The notes under the pieces: model-generated
The model's database searches: none
What the model saw: the letters and a program-made list of their open reading frames with translations, nothing else
What the model was told of the DNA's origin: nothing
Source of the DNA: a bacterium
Lineage (GTDB): Bacteria > SAR324 > NAC60-12
Assembly (NCBI GenBank): GCA_965233585.1
Contig: CBDDTI010000747.1
Location: 64,001-128,000, forward strand
Direction of reading: 5' to 3'
DNA: 64,000 nt
Shown here: positions 10,504 through 21,014 of the stretch, piece by piece
Layout: each line of letters starts with the position of its first letter
Numbering within the stretch: the stretch's first letter is position 1
Position numbers and translations under genes: made by a program

Positions 10504-10845
10504 ATGCGAACGAGAATTGTCAATCAGGATATGGGTTGGATTCAGCACACTGGGGACATTGATGGAGAGACATCTCCAGAGTTGATTCAACACGTTTCAG
10601 ACTTATTAGAGCAAAACGTGGCGTGTATCGTGTTAGATTTGACAACCACAGATTTTATTTCTAGCTCTGGTATTGGAATCATAGCTGTTGCAAGTAAAGA
10701 TGCCAAAAGAAGTGATACAAATTTTGTAATGGTCTGTGCTGAACCAAGATTGTTGTCTCTTTTTGAAATCACAAGTCTCAGTAAAATCATACCTGTTTTT
10801 GAATCGTTTGAAGATGCCCAAACAAGTTTTTCAAACCAAGCTTGA
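10504..10845 (+). CDS. STAS-domain anti-sigma factor antagonist
   Basis: GDID, IVLDL...DFISSSGIG, LFEITSL motifs. Confidence 0.9.
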   Translation: MRTRIVNQDMGWIQHTGDIDGETSPELIQHVSDLLEQNVACIVLDLTTTDFISSSGIGIIAVASKDAKRSDTNFVMVCAEPRLLSLFEITSLSKIIPVFESFEDAQTSFSNQA

Positions 10846-11558
10846 ATCTGCTGACATTTTAATATTAAGGCAAGTGGACTACGGGGAAAGCGACAAAATC
10901 ATCAGCTTTTTAACTCAAGACAAAGGCAAAAAATCTGGTATTTTGCACGGTATAAAGAAAAACAAATCCGTTCACTTTGGTAAAGCAGAACCTCTGACAC
11001 AAGGTCAAATCTTTTATAAAGAACGATCTTCGTCTGACCTTGTGCAAATTAGAAAATTTGAAGTCAATACCAGTTTTTATAGCTTATACTCCAAATATCA
11101 GACGATTGTCTTTGCCTTGTATTGTGCAGAACTTGTGGAGTGCTGTGAGTTTCCTGAACATGAGTCTAGCCAATTTTTTTTTACTTTTACAGCAAACTCT
11201 CAAACAATTTGCGATAAATCCTTCTCCGCAAACTGTCAAAACCATATTTGAGTTAAATCTACTAAACCTTTTAGGCATTGCTCCTAACTTTTCTAGTTGT
11301 TCATGTGGTCAGGGTCTAGGTCAGGTGAAAATTTTTCAGTTAGATTGTGCCTCTGGAACTTTGCGTTGTCCCAAGTGTTTAGCGAATCATCAGTCAGTTG
11401 TTGCGATCAATTCTGACACACTCGTTGCTTTGTCAAATCTTTTGTCTTTGCCTCTCTCGCAAAAAGCGTGCTTCCAATGGGACACAACCTTTGGTGTTTA
11501 TTTTCAATTTCATTACAGACGCTTACCAAAATCTCATAAACTGCTTTTCCACTCATAA
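10814..11558 (+). pseudogene. recO: DNA repair protein RecO, split by a single extra base in a T9 run (11174-11182)
   Basis: N-terminal half ILR..DYGESDKIISFLT..KGK is in one frame; C-terminal half FELNLLNLLGIAPNFSSCSCG...CPKC is in another; T8 would join them. Could be a sequencing error. Confidence 0.8.
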
Positions 11559-11759
11559 TGTGTCCTACAATGCATTCTATCCAAGCAAACCTGTTCTCAA
11601 CAGAATAAATTTAGGGATTAAGTGCAGATTTGGTCTTGTTGCTGTAATCTTGTGCTTTGCTGAAGTTGAGAAGAATTTGAAAATGCAGGTTGAGGGCATG
11701 GCATGATTTTACTTTACTTTTTGGCTCAAAACTCATAGACTAGCCAGTCTTGCTTTTTA

Positions 11760-11833
11760 GCACCCGTAGCTCAACTGGATAGAGCATCTGATTGCGGTTC
11801 AGAAGGTTTCAGGTTCAAACCCTGACGGGTGCG
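11760..11833 (+). tRNA. tRNA-Arg (anticodon GCG), CCA not encoded
   Basis: Acceptor stem GCACCCG/CGGGTGC, D-arm GCTC..GGATAGAGC, anticodon stem TCTGA/TCAGA with loop TTGCGGT, T-loop GTTCAAA. Confidence 0.93.
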
Positions 11834-12795
11834 TTCTTCTTTTGGTTTGTTCTTTCCAGCAAAATCACAATCACTGCCCCACTCATCATCACTGCCAACG
11901 AAACCAGCAAACCAGAATTGATGTCAGGAAAAACATTTTGATCCCTCAACACATATTCCTTATCCCTAATCCATCTTGAGTCTATCACTTCTTTCCAAGG
12001 CCAAACCTTACGCAAAGCACCAATCACTGCTCCTGTTAAAAATGCTAAAATCCATGCCTCAAAAGAATTGAGTGCGAGTTTGAGCAGTCTTGCAAAACTT
12101 AACAAACCAATCAATGCACCTGATGCGAAGACTGCCACGATGATAAAATTTTCTAGTGCAAATGGATTTTTAATGGCTCCAATAATCAATTCATATTTGC
12201 CTAAAATTAACAGCAGAAACGAACCGCTAATACCGGGCAGAATCATTGCGCAGATTGCAATCAAACCACACAAAAAAATAAACCAATAAGATTCAGAGGT
12301 TTGTCTGGGGATAATGCCTGTGAGCCAATAAGCAAAAGCCACACCTGCTGTGAAAAACAGAACATTTTGAACGCTCACTTTCCCTATCTGATTCATCAAA
12401 AATGGGACAGAGCCAAGAATCACTCCAAAGAAAAATGACCATGTTTGTTCAGGATATTGGTCTAAAAAATAGTGAACCACACGGGCTGTACTTAAAACAG
12501 CTAAAACAATACCCAGAAATAATGTGAGTAAAAAACGGAGGTGAACGCAGGCAAGAAAATTCTTGAATTGCAATGCTAGTAAGAATTTAACCGCACGAAC
12601 GTCAAAAGAAGAAAGGGCATTGAGAAGTTGTTGATAAATTCCCGTAATAAATGCAAGCGTCCCCCCTGATACACCGGGAATCAGGTCTGCCACACCCATT
12701 GCAAACCCTTTACAGACTAAAACGAAAGACTCTTTCTTTGTTGTTGGACCTTCCGTTTGAAGCCATGCTTCACGCCAATTCAGATGACCTTTCAT
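11815..12795 (-). CDS. DUF368 family membrane protein (putative undecaprenyl-phosphate translocase)
   Basis: Duplicated motifs ADLIPGVSGGT and AMILPGISGS; KVWPWK. Confidence 0.9.
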   Translation of the reverse strand: MKGHLNWREAWLQTEGPTTKKESFVLVCKGFAMGVADLIPGVSGGTLAFITGIYQQLLNALSSFDVRAVKFLLALQFKNFLACVHLRFLLTLFLGIVLAVLSTARVVHYFLDQYPEQTWSFFFGVILGSVPFLMNQIGKVSVQNVLFFTAGVAFAYWLTGIIPRQTSESYWFIFLCGLIAICAMILPGISGSFLLLILGKYELIIGAIKNPFALENFIIVAVFASGALIGLLSFARLLKLALNSFEAWILAFLTGAVIGALRKVWPWKEVIDSRWIRDKEYVLRDQNVFPDINSGLLVSLAVMMSGAVIVILLERTNQKKNAPVRV

Positions 12796-12801
12796 TGATT
12801 T

Positions 12802-13308
12802 TTACATGACAGATTGACTTTCACTTTCATTGACAAAAAAATAATTCTCGTAAATTTCTGTGATTTCTGTCTGAAATGCTTCCTCGTGCTTGGGATTTGA
12901 AAGTAATTCTGCCAGTGCATCGCAATAGACCCTGACTTTTAGAGAAGACTCTGCATTGGTGCGGATAAATTGATGAGCAAAAACTTGAAGTTCCCAAAGA
13001 AAGTTTTGTAAATTCAAGCCAAGCAACAAACTATCCTGTGCACGTTCGCTGATGATGTAGGAGGCAATATAGTCCACTAATACAAAAAATGACTCTCCCA
13101 AAACATTCAAAGATTGGATTTCATCATCTTTTAGATGGGTACTCAAATTATCCAAAAAGTAACGATATTCAAAGTCTTGATTTTCTGGGTAGATTTCAAA
13201 TAATGCTGAATCCATTTTTCTATTTTTGATAAGGTTGATTCTTCGTTGGATTTGGCTCATATCTATTTTGTGAAGATAACTACAAACCGTCGTAGGTGAG
13301 TCATGCAA
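12802..13308 (-). CDS. Hypothetical protein
   Basis: 168-aa ORF, co-oriented and 6 nt upstream of the DUF368 gene; start uncertain (ATG at 13260 possible). Confidence 0.65.
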   Translation of the reverse strand: MHDSPTTVCSYLHKIDMSQIQRRINLIKNRKMDSALFEIYPENQDFEYRYFLDNLSTHLKDDEIQSLNVLGESFFVLVDYIASYIISERAQDSLLLGLNLQNFLWELQVFAHQFIRTNAESSLKVRVYCDALAELLSNPKHEEAFQTEITEIYENYFFVNESESQSVM

Positions 13309-13517
13309 TGACTATGCAATCAACATGAATTTGATCAAATTTATTTAAGTTTGTATGCCTATATCTGTTGAACTTTTGGCATACCATTCAAAATAACTCC
13401 TGACCATTCTGTCAAATTACAAAAGTTTTTTAAACAAAAATCTTGCGAGTCTTTGAGGGATTGAATAGAATGAGAACTTTTTGTTTTATTTAAAAAATTT
13501 TTGATGGAGCTAGATTT

Positions 13518-15431
13518 ATGATTCAAGCATTTAGAAATCAGACACAAAGCGTTTTCTTTCGTGTCATTTTGTTTTTTGTGGCGCTGACCTTTGTCATTTC
13601 TTTTGGTTGGTTTTCTTCTGAAACTCAAAAAAATGTTGTGGCAACTGTCAACTCTGAAGATATTCTTTTTCAAGATTACGACATTGCTTATAACCAAAGG
13701 TTGGAGCAGTTAAGGCAGACATTTGGAGAGAATGCAGAAGCCCTTGCGAGCCAACTGAATATCAGTCAAAGTGTTTTAGATTCTGTCATTTCCCGACGTT
13801 TGCTGCTCCAAAATGCTAGAAAGCAGGGGATTCTTGTTGCTGATGCCGAAGTGATTGAACAACTCAAATTGGTACCCGTCTTTCAAAAAGACGGTCGGTT
13901 TAGCAAAGAAGTTTATCAACAACTTTTAAGACAAAATAGGGTATCTCCTGAATCTTATGAAAAGTCTGTCAGAGAAGATTTGCTCCTGCAAAAATATCAA
14001 CGACTCTCAACCGCAAGGCAACTATCAACGCAAGCAGAAGTCCAGCGAATCTATGATTATGAGCAACGTGTCATCTCCGTTGAGTACTTAAGGTTCTCTC
14101 CTGAACAATTTTTTGAAGATGTCGTCATCATTGAAGAAAATTTGAAAGAATTTTATGACAACAATTCACAAGATTTCATGAGTTTAAAAAAATATCAGAT
14201 TGAATACTTCACATTCGGCTTTAGCGACCTTGGAACACAAGAAGACCCTAGCGAACGTATGATAGAACGTTACTACGAAACTAACCCTGCAGAGTTTTCA
14301 AATGATGATCAAGTGAAGGCAAGACATATTTTGATGAAAGTGTCATCTGACATGTCTGAAGAAGCACGTGAGGAAAAACGCAAACAACTGGAGAGTCTTT
14401 TGCAAGAAGCACGTGCAGGAGCATCTTTTGAAGAACTGGCTAGGGAAAACTCAGAAGACTTTAGTGCGATAAGAGGAGGAGATTTAGGCTGGTTTTCTGC
14501 TGGTGAGATTGATGAAACTTTGTCAAACGCGGCATTTGGTCTTCAAGTTGGAGAAGTCAGCGAAATTGTTCAAACAGGTTTTGGTTTTCATATCGTCAAA
14601 CTAGAAGGCAAGAAAGATGCTGAAACGAAACCACTGGAAAGCGTCAAAAGTGAAATACGGCAAAAGTTAATTGATACTAGACAGGAACGAAAGCTCAGCC
14701 AGACCTTGGAAACTATTGAAAATCAGTTGACAGAAGGGCAGGCATTGGAAGAGATTGCAACGTCTCTTGATTTACGAGTCAAACAAACAGACTTGTTCCA
14801 AGCAGGAGATGTGATTGACGGCATTGGTTCGGTTGATGATCTAATTTCAGAGTTAGATTCCAAAGCGAAAGATGAGACAGGCAAGTTGTTAAAAAATCCT
14901 GTGCAAGGGCATCTGTTTTTTAAGTTGATTGACGTCAAAGATCCACAGACGTTGCCGTTGGAAGAGGTTAGAGAAGAGATTGAGAGAAAATTTCGCTATG
15001 CAGAATCTGTCAAAATTGCAAAGACAAGCGCTGATGATTTACTCAATGAATTGGAAGCTGGCAAGGATTGGCAAGCTATTGAAATGCCTACACCGCCACA
15101 ATCTGCCAAAGTGAGTGTGTTGACTGCTCAAGTTCAAGGCATAGGTAATGCTCCAACTTTTCAAAGTCAAGCTCTTGAATTGAATGATGCCCAACCCTTT
15201 GCCTCCGTGCAAGTTGGAGATGATTCTTACTTGATTCGTTTCATTTCAAGTGAAATTTCACTTGAAAGAGAAGATGAGAAGATGGAAGAAATTCGTAGAA
15301 GGTTGACTTTCGTATGGAATAACATCATCTTTGAACGAGAAATTGAGCGATTAAGAGCAAAAGCAGACATTGAAATTTTAAACCCAGCACTTGCAGGTGG
15401 AGTTCAAAGTTCTCATGGCAGTCAAATGTAA
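13518..15431 (+). CDS. ppiD: PpiD-like periplasmic chaperone / parvulin PPIase with SurA N-terminal domain
   Basis: N-terminal TM anchor; VKARHIL, FEELARENSED, GGDLGWF, QTGFGFHIVK. Confidence 0.88.
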   Translation: MIQAFRNQTQSVFFRVILFFVALTFVISFGWFSSETQKNVVATVNSEDILFQDYDIAYNQRLEQLRQTFGENAEALASQLNISQSVLDSVISRRLLLQNARKQGILVADAEVIEQLKLVPVFQKDGRFSKEVYQQLLRQNRVSPESYEKSVREDLLLQKYQRLSTARQLSTQAEVQRIYDYEQRVISVEYLRFSPEQFFEDVVIIEENLKEFYDNNSQDFMSLKKYQIEYFTFGFSDLGTQEDPSERMIERYYETNPAEFSNDDQVKARHILMKVSSDMSEEAREEKRKQLESLLQEARAGASFEELARENSEDFSAIRGGDLGWFSAGEIDETLSNAAFGLQVGEVSEIVQTGFGFHIVKLEGKKDAETKPLESVKSEIRQKLIDTRQERKLSQTLETIENQLTEGQALEEIATSLDLRVKQTDLFQAGDVIDGIGSVDDLISELDSKAKDETGKLLKNPVQGHLFFKLIDVKDPQTLPLEEVREEIERKFRYAESVKIAKTSADDLLNELEAGKDWQAIEMPTPPQSAKVSVLTAQVQGIGNAPTFQSQALELNDAQPFASVQVGDDSYLIRFISSEISLEREDEKMEEIRRRLTFVWNNIIFEREIERLRAKADIEILNPALAGGVQSSHGSQM

Positions 15432-15939
15432 GGTTGGGGTTTTCTGTCTTGCTCTAACACTGTTTGCTTCCTATTTCAAGATTAATGTCAATGCACAAGA
15501 TTTTGGTTTTGGTTCGTTCTCAAAAAAACCAAATTTATACTTAACTGCAGGTTTTGAAAAACCATCTACCTCAAAAAACTCTCCTGTCAAATTAATCATT
15601 TATGGTCAGCTTGAAGAAGGTTGGCATCTCTATTCGGTTCAATCACACCCCCATCTTAACATCATTCCCACGTCTGTTGTTTATCAAAATATCTGGTATC
15701 AAAAACAAGGAGGGATTATAGAAAGCCAAACAGAGCTTCTCTTTGATGAGGCTTTGGGAGTAGAAGTCCAAACGCATCGCAAACAATTTCAGTTACAACA
15801 AACTTTGTTGATTCGTAAAGATGCACCTGTGGGAAATTTAGATTTAACAGGTTACGTTCAATACCAAGTCTGTAACCAAAAGGTCTGCTTAGAACCTCAA
15901 CAAACCTCATTTGTTGCCACAATAAAAGTTGTGAAGTGA
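15391..15939 (+). CDS. DsbD N-terminal (DsbD-alpha) domain protein
   Basis: Signal peptide, GWHLYS, YQVCNQKVCLEP (Cx4C); true start may be ATG 15415. Confidence 0.8.
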   Translation: MQVEFKVLMAVKCKVGVFCLALTLFASYFKINVNAQDFGFGSFSKKPNLYLTAGFEKPSTSKNSPVKLIIYGQLEEGWHLYSVQSHPHLNIIPTSVVYQNIWYQKQGGIIESQTELLFDEALGVEVQTHRKQFQLQQTLLIRKDAPVGNLDLTGYVQYQVCNQKVCLEPQQTSFVATIKVVK

Positions 15940-15984
15940 AGACTTCTACTCATTTGGGCTTGTCTCTCAAAAATTTTTCCTTCC

Positions 15985-17523
15985 ATGGGAACTTACCGTA
16001 ACGTTCGCACTATTACTTTTTTTACGTTTCTGTCTCGCATTTTTGGTGCAGCACGTGACCTTGCCATCGCACATGTTTTCGGTGCAGGACTTGCCAGTGA
16101 CGCTTTTTTGCAAGCTTTTGCGATTCCTAACCTCTTCAGACGTTTAACTGCTGAGGGTGCAATGACCTTGGCATTTATTCCAATTTACACGGACGTTCGC
16201 TCTCAGGGTGCTGATACTAAAATTTTTGCAACGCGAGTGTTGGCAGTTGTATTGATTGCTAGCTGTTTCATTGTCAGTTTGGGTATCATTTTTAGCTCTC
16301 AATTAGTCAAAGTCATTGCGTGGGGATTTGAAAATAATTCTGACAAATTTCAGCTGACTGTAGAATTAACTCAAGTGATGTTTCCATTCCTCATTTTGAC
16401 TTCTCTCACAGCATGGGCTTGCGGGGTACTAAATGCGGAAAAGAGATTTACGGAACCCGCTTCAGCTCCTATTTTACTCAACTTCGGTATGTTATTTGGG
16501 GCATTTGTGATAGCACCTGTTTTAGAAGTTCCTATTTTTGCAATGGCTTGGGGTGTTTTATTAGGCGGAATGTTACAACTTCTTTTGCAGATTCTTCCAC
16601 TTTGGAAGTTAAGCCATTCCATCATTCCCAAAAATCCATTTCATGATGAAAATGTAGTCAAGTTGCTTAAGTTGTTTGCTCCTTCTTTATTTGGTGTAGC
16701 GGCATATCAAATTAACATTTTGATTTTACGAATACTGGCAAGTTTTCTTCCAGAAGGTCAACTGACTCACTACTACAATGCGAACCGTTTGACTGAACTT
16801 GCTTTGGGTGTCTTTGCATTTGCATTGACAACTGCTAACTTTCCTGACTTAAGCGAGCAAAGCTCTCATAAAAATTGGCAACAAGCTCAAGCAACATTGC
16901 ATCAAACTTTTAGTTCTATGTTATTTATTATCATACCTGCAACTGCGGGGCTTTTTGCCTTTGCAAAACCCATTGTTGCGATGCTGTATTTGCATGGTCA
17001 ATACACATGGTCTGATGTAGAATCTACCGCTTTAGCTCTGCATGCTTTTGCCTTAGGGATTCCTGCAGTTGCAGGAGTTCGTTTGTTAGTCTCTGCATTT
17101 TATGCGGTCAAAGATTCCAAAACGCCTGTCATTGTTGCATTTTTTGGGGTCATCATCACGGCAATATCAGGTTGGGTTCTGTCACAAGATTATCAGGTGC
17201 TTGGTTTATCTGTCGCTCTTTCTTTGGGTGCTTGGGGTCAATATATGGCGTTACAAATTTTGCTCTTACGCAATCCGATATGGGCATCTCACATTTTTCC
17301 ATTTTTGAAAATCGTGCTGTATGTTTCATGTTCATCAGTCATAGGGTTATTTGCCTACCAAATGTCTAAATTTGGAAGGTGGGAACAAGGAGCATTTTCA
17401 TTACAGAATTGGATTTTGTTCTTGGGAGTCTTGTCAGGTTCTGTCATGTTGTATTGGACTTTAACGCTAGCTTGCAACGATGAACATGCACAGGCAATTC
17501 TTGCGTTTTTGAGGGGGAAATGA
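15985..17523 (+). CDS. murJ: Lipid II flippase MurJ
   Basis: SRIFGAARD, AFAIPNLFRRL.AEGA, YYNANRL.EL motifs. Confidence 0.95.
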   Translation: MGTYRNVRTITFFTFLSRIFGAARDLAIAHVFGAGLASDAFLQAFAIPNLFRRLTAEGAMTLAFIPIYTDVRSQGADTKIFATRVLAVVLIASCFIVSLGIIFSSQLVKVIAWGFENNSDKFQLTVELTQVMFPFLILTSLTAWACGVLNAEKRFTEPASAPILLNFGMLFGAFVIAPVLEVPIFAMAWGVLLGGMLQLLLQILPLWKLSHSIIPKNPFHDENVVKLLKLFAPSLFGVAAYQINILILRILASFLPEGQLTHYYNANRLTELALGVFAFALTTANFPDLSEQSSHKNWQQAQATLHQTFSSMLFIIIPATAGLFAFAKPIVAMLYLHGQYTWSDVESTALALHAFALGIPAVAGVRLLVSAFYAVKDSKTPVIVAFFGVIITAISGWVLSQDYQVLGLSVALSLGAWGQYMALQILLLRNPIWASHIFPFLKIVLYVSCSSVIGLFAYQMSKFGRWEQGAFSLQNWILFLGVLSGSVMLYWTLTLACNDEHAQAILAFLRGK

Positions 17524-17669
17524 ATTTGAGAAAATTGATTAAAAGCATTTGGCTACAAGAAGATGAAGATCGGACATATTTGCCCAACCCTTCTTGGGAA
17601 GTGTGCTACAATCTTAGAATCTGGTAAACAGATTGAAAGAATTTTAAAGAATTTTGCTGAAAAAGTCTG

Positions 17670-18128
17670 ATGACTACTCACTCTCGTTTACGAATCCAAA
17701 TTTATACAGATGGGTCATGTTCTCCTAATCCTGGACAAGGAGGCTGGGCTGCTGTTTTGATTTCTCCCTCTCAAAATCATGCACGTCTTGAAATATCAGG
17801 TGCAGAGGCTCGTTCCACAAATAATAGAATGGAATTGACTGCTGCGATTGAAGGACTTAAAGCAGTTAAAAAACCCTGTGTTGTTGATTTGCATACTGAT
17901 TCAAAATATGTTCAACAAGCCTTTACACAAGGTTGGTTAGAAAATTGGCAGAAAAAAGGCTGGAAAAACCAAAAGCGAGAACCCGTAGCAAATCAAGATT
18001 TATGGCAAGAACTTTTAAAACTTTCAGAAGTGCATCAGATTCATTGGCATTGGGTCAAAGGACATTCTGACTGCACAGAAAACAATCGTTGTGATGAGCT
18101 TGCCAATCAAGCAAGACGTTCATTGTGA
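17670..18128 (+). CDS. rnhA: Ribonuclease HI
   Basis: YTDGSC.PNPG.GGW, STNNRMEL, TDSKY, WVKGH, N.RCDELA. Confidence 0.97.
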   Translation: MTTHSRLRIQIYTDGSCSPNPGQGGWAAVLISPSQNHARLEISGAEARSTNNRMELTAAIEGLKAVKKPCVVDLHTDSKYVQQAFTQGWLENWQKKGWKNQKREPVANQDLWQELLKLSEVHQIHWHWVKGHSDCTENNRCDELANQARRSL

Positions 18129-19155
18129 CACATTTACCAAGTATGATATGATCGTTGGATTTCCTCATCATGCTCCTGAAATTGGAGGACCTGGTACTTT
18201 TCAAACTCATCTTTGCTACAGCCTCCAAAAGAATGGGTACCAAATTGTTTATCCTGAAAATAGAATTTTACCCGATGTGATCTTAGTAGTAGGGGGAACT
18301 AAAAATTTAAATTGGCTTTGGAAATGTAAAAAAAAGGGTGCGAAAATAGTTTTAAGACTTGATGGATTATGGTGGAGCCACCGTCTTTTACATTCAAAAT
18401 TGAGTTTTCATTACTGGAACTGTGAGGCTATCAATATTTTGGTGAAAATCATACGCCAATATCTTGCAGATGCAGTGGTTTATCAAAGTGAATTTATTCA
18501 GAAGTGGTGGCAATTTCGCTATGGGTCATCACGAAAAACTGAGTTTATTGTTTATAATGCAACTGATTTAAAACAGTTCTATCCCACCAACCAAACTAAA
18601 ACTTCTCCTACTCTTTTGTGTGTTGAAGGAACGATACCAGATAATCAAGTCAGTAGAGAAATCTTGTCTCGCATTCCTCCAGCATTGGTAGGTTCTGGAC
18701 TATACGAGCAGTTTAAATTGTACGGACATGCTGACGCAGATTTACTTCATTTCATTAAAAGTATTGATTCAATAAATTATTGTGGGGTAGTGAAAAGACT
18801 TGATATGCCCCAAATTATGAGGTGTGATGGTGTTTTTCTACCACTTGAACTACAACCTCCCTGTCCAAATGCTGTAATTGAAGCTCTGGCATCAGGACTG
18901 GCTGTTGTCAGCTTTAATACAGGTAGTTTGGAGGAACTGATGACTGAAAAAGTAGGAATGCTTGTCCCTTATGGAGGAGATGCTTGGGCAATCAATAAAC
19001 CTGATATTGAAAGTTTAGAGAACGCACTTAAAAAAATTGTCCCCATTCGGTGTCAATATCAGTTGGAGGCTAGAAGGTGGGCAGAAAAACGATTTGACCT
19101 TCAAAGAATGACAGAAAAGTATATGGAAATTATCCAGCAAACAGTATTTTCTTAG
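18091..19155 (+). CDS. Glycosyltransferase family 4 (GT-B)
   Basis: GGPGTF near the N-terminus; CPNAVIEALASGLAVV motif; start may be ATG 18148. Confidence 0.85.
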   Translation: MMSLPIKQDVHCDTFTKYDMIVGFPHHAPEIGGPGTFQTHLCYSLQKNGYQIVYPENRILPDVILVVGGTKNLNWLWKCKKKGAKIVLRLDGLWWSHRLLHSKLSFHYWNCEAINILVKIIRQYLADAVVYQSEFIQKWWQFRYGSSRKTEFIVYNATDLKQFYPTNQTKTSPTLLCVEGTIPDNQVSREILSRIPPALVGSGLYEQFKLYGHADADLLHFIKSIDSINYCGVVKRLDMPQIMRCDGVFLPLELQPPCPNAVIEALASGLAVVSFNTGSLEELMTEKVGMLVPYGGDAWAINKPDIESLENALKKIVPIRCQYQLEARRWAEKRFDLQRMTEKYMEIIQQTVFS

Positions 19156-19179
19156 AGTAAATTAATAAAATTTTAGCGT

Positions 19180-19635
19180 ATGAAATTTGTCTATATCGTT
19201 GGCGTTTTCGTCTTTTTGTTCACAAACTTATCTACTCAAAACGTGTTAGCGAGGCATCGTTGTCCCCAAACACCTGCATCTATTATTTCATCAATTACAA
19301 TGGCTCCCCTTGCAACGATTATTATGACAACGAAAGCATCAAATACTTCAGGTTGCAGAGACGGACACCCTTCAAGCGACTTTTATACTCCACCGTGGGC
19401 AAGGTATTTTGAAGAGTCTTTTGAGCAAATTGTAGAAGAATCCTCGCGGGGAACAAATAGCTATCTCTACGCACTGACAATGCAGCTGGGTTGCCCAACT
19501 TCATCTATTGAAGATTTAAGGCAAGCTGTCAATAAGAATCATCACCTTCTATTGTCCCCCCAAAGCCGCTGGCGCACTTTTGAGTCTATTCTTAAAAAAA
19601 ATTCTGATTTGAGCCAAGTTTGTCAATTATCCTGA
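19180..19635 (+). CDS. Secreted protein, DUF3015-like
   Basis: Signal peptide; SNTSGC ... EESSRG..SYLYAL..QLGC pattern recalls DUF3015. Confidence 0.55.
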   Translation: MKFVYIVGVFVFLFTNLSTQNVLARHRCPQTPASIISSITMAPLATIIMTTKASNTSGCRDGHPSSDFYTPPWARYFEESFEQIVEESSRGTNSYLYALTMQLGCPTSSIEDLRQAVNKNHHLLLSPQSRWRTFESILKKNSDLSQVCQLS

Positions 19636-19689
19636 TGGCTTTGCATTGAGAACAATCTCTTTATCTGTTAGCATAATCCATTTGTTTTC

Positions 19690-20445
19690 ATGCCCCGCCC
19701 CAGACTAGCACCTATTGAAAGGCGGCTATTTGCGTTTTTATTAGATTTTGTTCTTGCCGTTTTAATTGTCAATAGTGCCTTGCAGTTGACCCGACCATTG
19801 AAATGGGATTTGATGGATTCGGTATATGATGAAAAAAGCCTTGTTTCTTATTATTCACTTTTGATTGTGATTCTTTTATTGAAAGACGTAGTTTATGGCG
19901 TCAGTCTAGGCAAATTCTTATTTGGAATGGGCGTCAAACAGGTTCTAAAAATAGAATCCCCGCCTCCTTTGAGCATCAGAATTTTGAGAAATTTAAGTCT
20001 TTTCATTTTACCGATTGAAGCAGTGATTTGCTTTAAAAGCCAGCTTTACCAAAAATTAAGCGATCGGTATTTGGGAGTGTTCGTTTTACAGCTAGAGTCT
20101 CCTGCAAGTTTACTGAAACGTTTAATGTTTGCAAATTTCATATTTTTTGGATTTTTCTTTTTTGCATGGATGACTCAAGATATTCCGATGAAACGGACGG
20201 ACGCTTATCGTGTTGTCAATCAACATCTAGCGTTGAAACAGAGTTTGATTTTTCAAAAAATTGGTGAATTGAAAGACAGACAAGGAGAAGAAATGAGTTT
20301 GGATTTGTCACAGAAAGGGCAGGGGCTTTTTACTGCTGATTTACTAGGAAGCAACGGAAAGACAAAAGTAGAAATTGAACTGGTTTTACTTTCAGTTCCC
20401 GAAAAACATTGGCAGGTGAAACAAATGAATTTTGTACCCCACTAG
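19690..20445 (+). CDS. RDD family membrane protein
   Basis: RRLFAFLLD, SLGKFLFGMGV, ILRN, QKLSDR motifs. Confidence 0.85.
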   Translation: MPRPRLAPIERRLFAFLLDFVLAVLIVNSALQLTRPLKWDLMDSVYDEKSLVSYYSLLIVILLLKDVVYGVSLGKFLFGMGVKQVLKIESPPPLSIRILRNLSLFILPIEAVICFKSQLYQKLSDRYLGVFVLQLESPASLLKRLMFANFIFFGFFFFAWMTQDIPMKRTDAYRVVNQHLALKQSLIFQKIGELKDRQGEEMSLDLSQKGQGLFTADLLGSNGKTKVEIELVLLSVPEKHWQVKQMNFVPH

Positions 20446-21014
20446 TTTTCCTTACCATGATTATCAGGAGTTTGGCAAACTCTCTTAAAATATGGCTATC
20501 GGCATTCTCAATATTTTATTTTCCTGTAAGCAATGTTGCCAATGCCCAACTTACACCAGCCTCCGAAGTCTCTGGTTATGAGCCAACAGTGATACAGTAT
20601 TCATTGGTTGTTGGAGGAATTGAGCGAGGAGATGGATATTCTGTTCCCTCTGTCGCATTCAAAGTTTCTGGAACCCCTGAAAATGGTTGGGAGTTTTCTT
20701 ATGCTCAAGGAGGTTTCAAAATGGGAGATACGTTTTCAGAGAAAGAAACACTCATCACATTGGGAAACAGGTTACAGCTGACAGAAGGAGTCACCAAGTT
20801 CATTGTTGGTATTAATGGTGGTATTGTCCAGACCGAGAACAAAACGCAAACCAAGTCAGATAGTTCTGAGTGGTTTGCAGTTGGCAATTCATTTAGCTTG
20901 GAGTTGCCGATTGCTGGCATTGGTATTCGTGCCGGTATAGATAGTATGCTGGTACCATTACAAATTTCAGTCTTGGGCGTTAGAAGTTTTTGGTATGCAG
21001 GATTTACATTCTGA
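20409..21014 (+). CDS. Hypothetical exported protein, possible small outer-membrane beta-barrel
   Basis: Signal-like ANA-Q cleavage, amphipathic beta-like segments, C-terminal WYAGFTF; start uncertain. Confidence 0.55.
   Translation: MAGETNEFCTPLVFLTMIIRSLANSLKIWLSAFSIFYFPVSNVANAQLTPASEVSGYEPTVIQYSLVVGGIERGDGYSVPSVAFKVSGTPENGWEFSYAQGGFKMGDTFSEKETLITLGNRLQLTEGVTKFIVGINGGIVQTENKTQTKSDSSEWFAVGNSFSLELPIAGIGIRAGIDSMLVPLQISVLGVRSFWYAGFTF

Noticed and set aside
11398..11706. 102-aa ORF overlapping the recO 3' end
   Set aside because: Non-ATG start, overlaps recO out of frame, no motifs.
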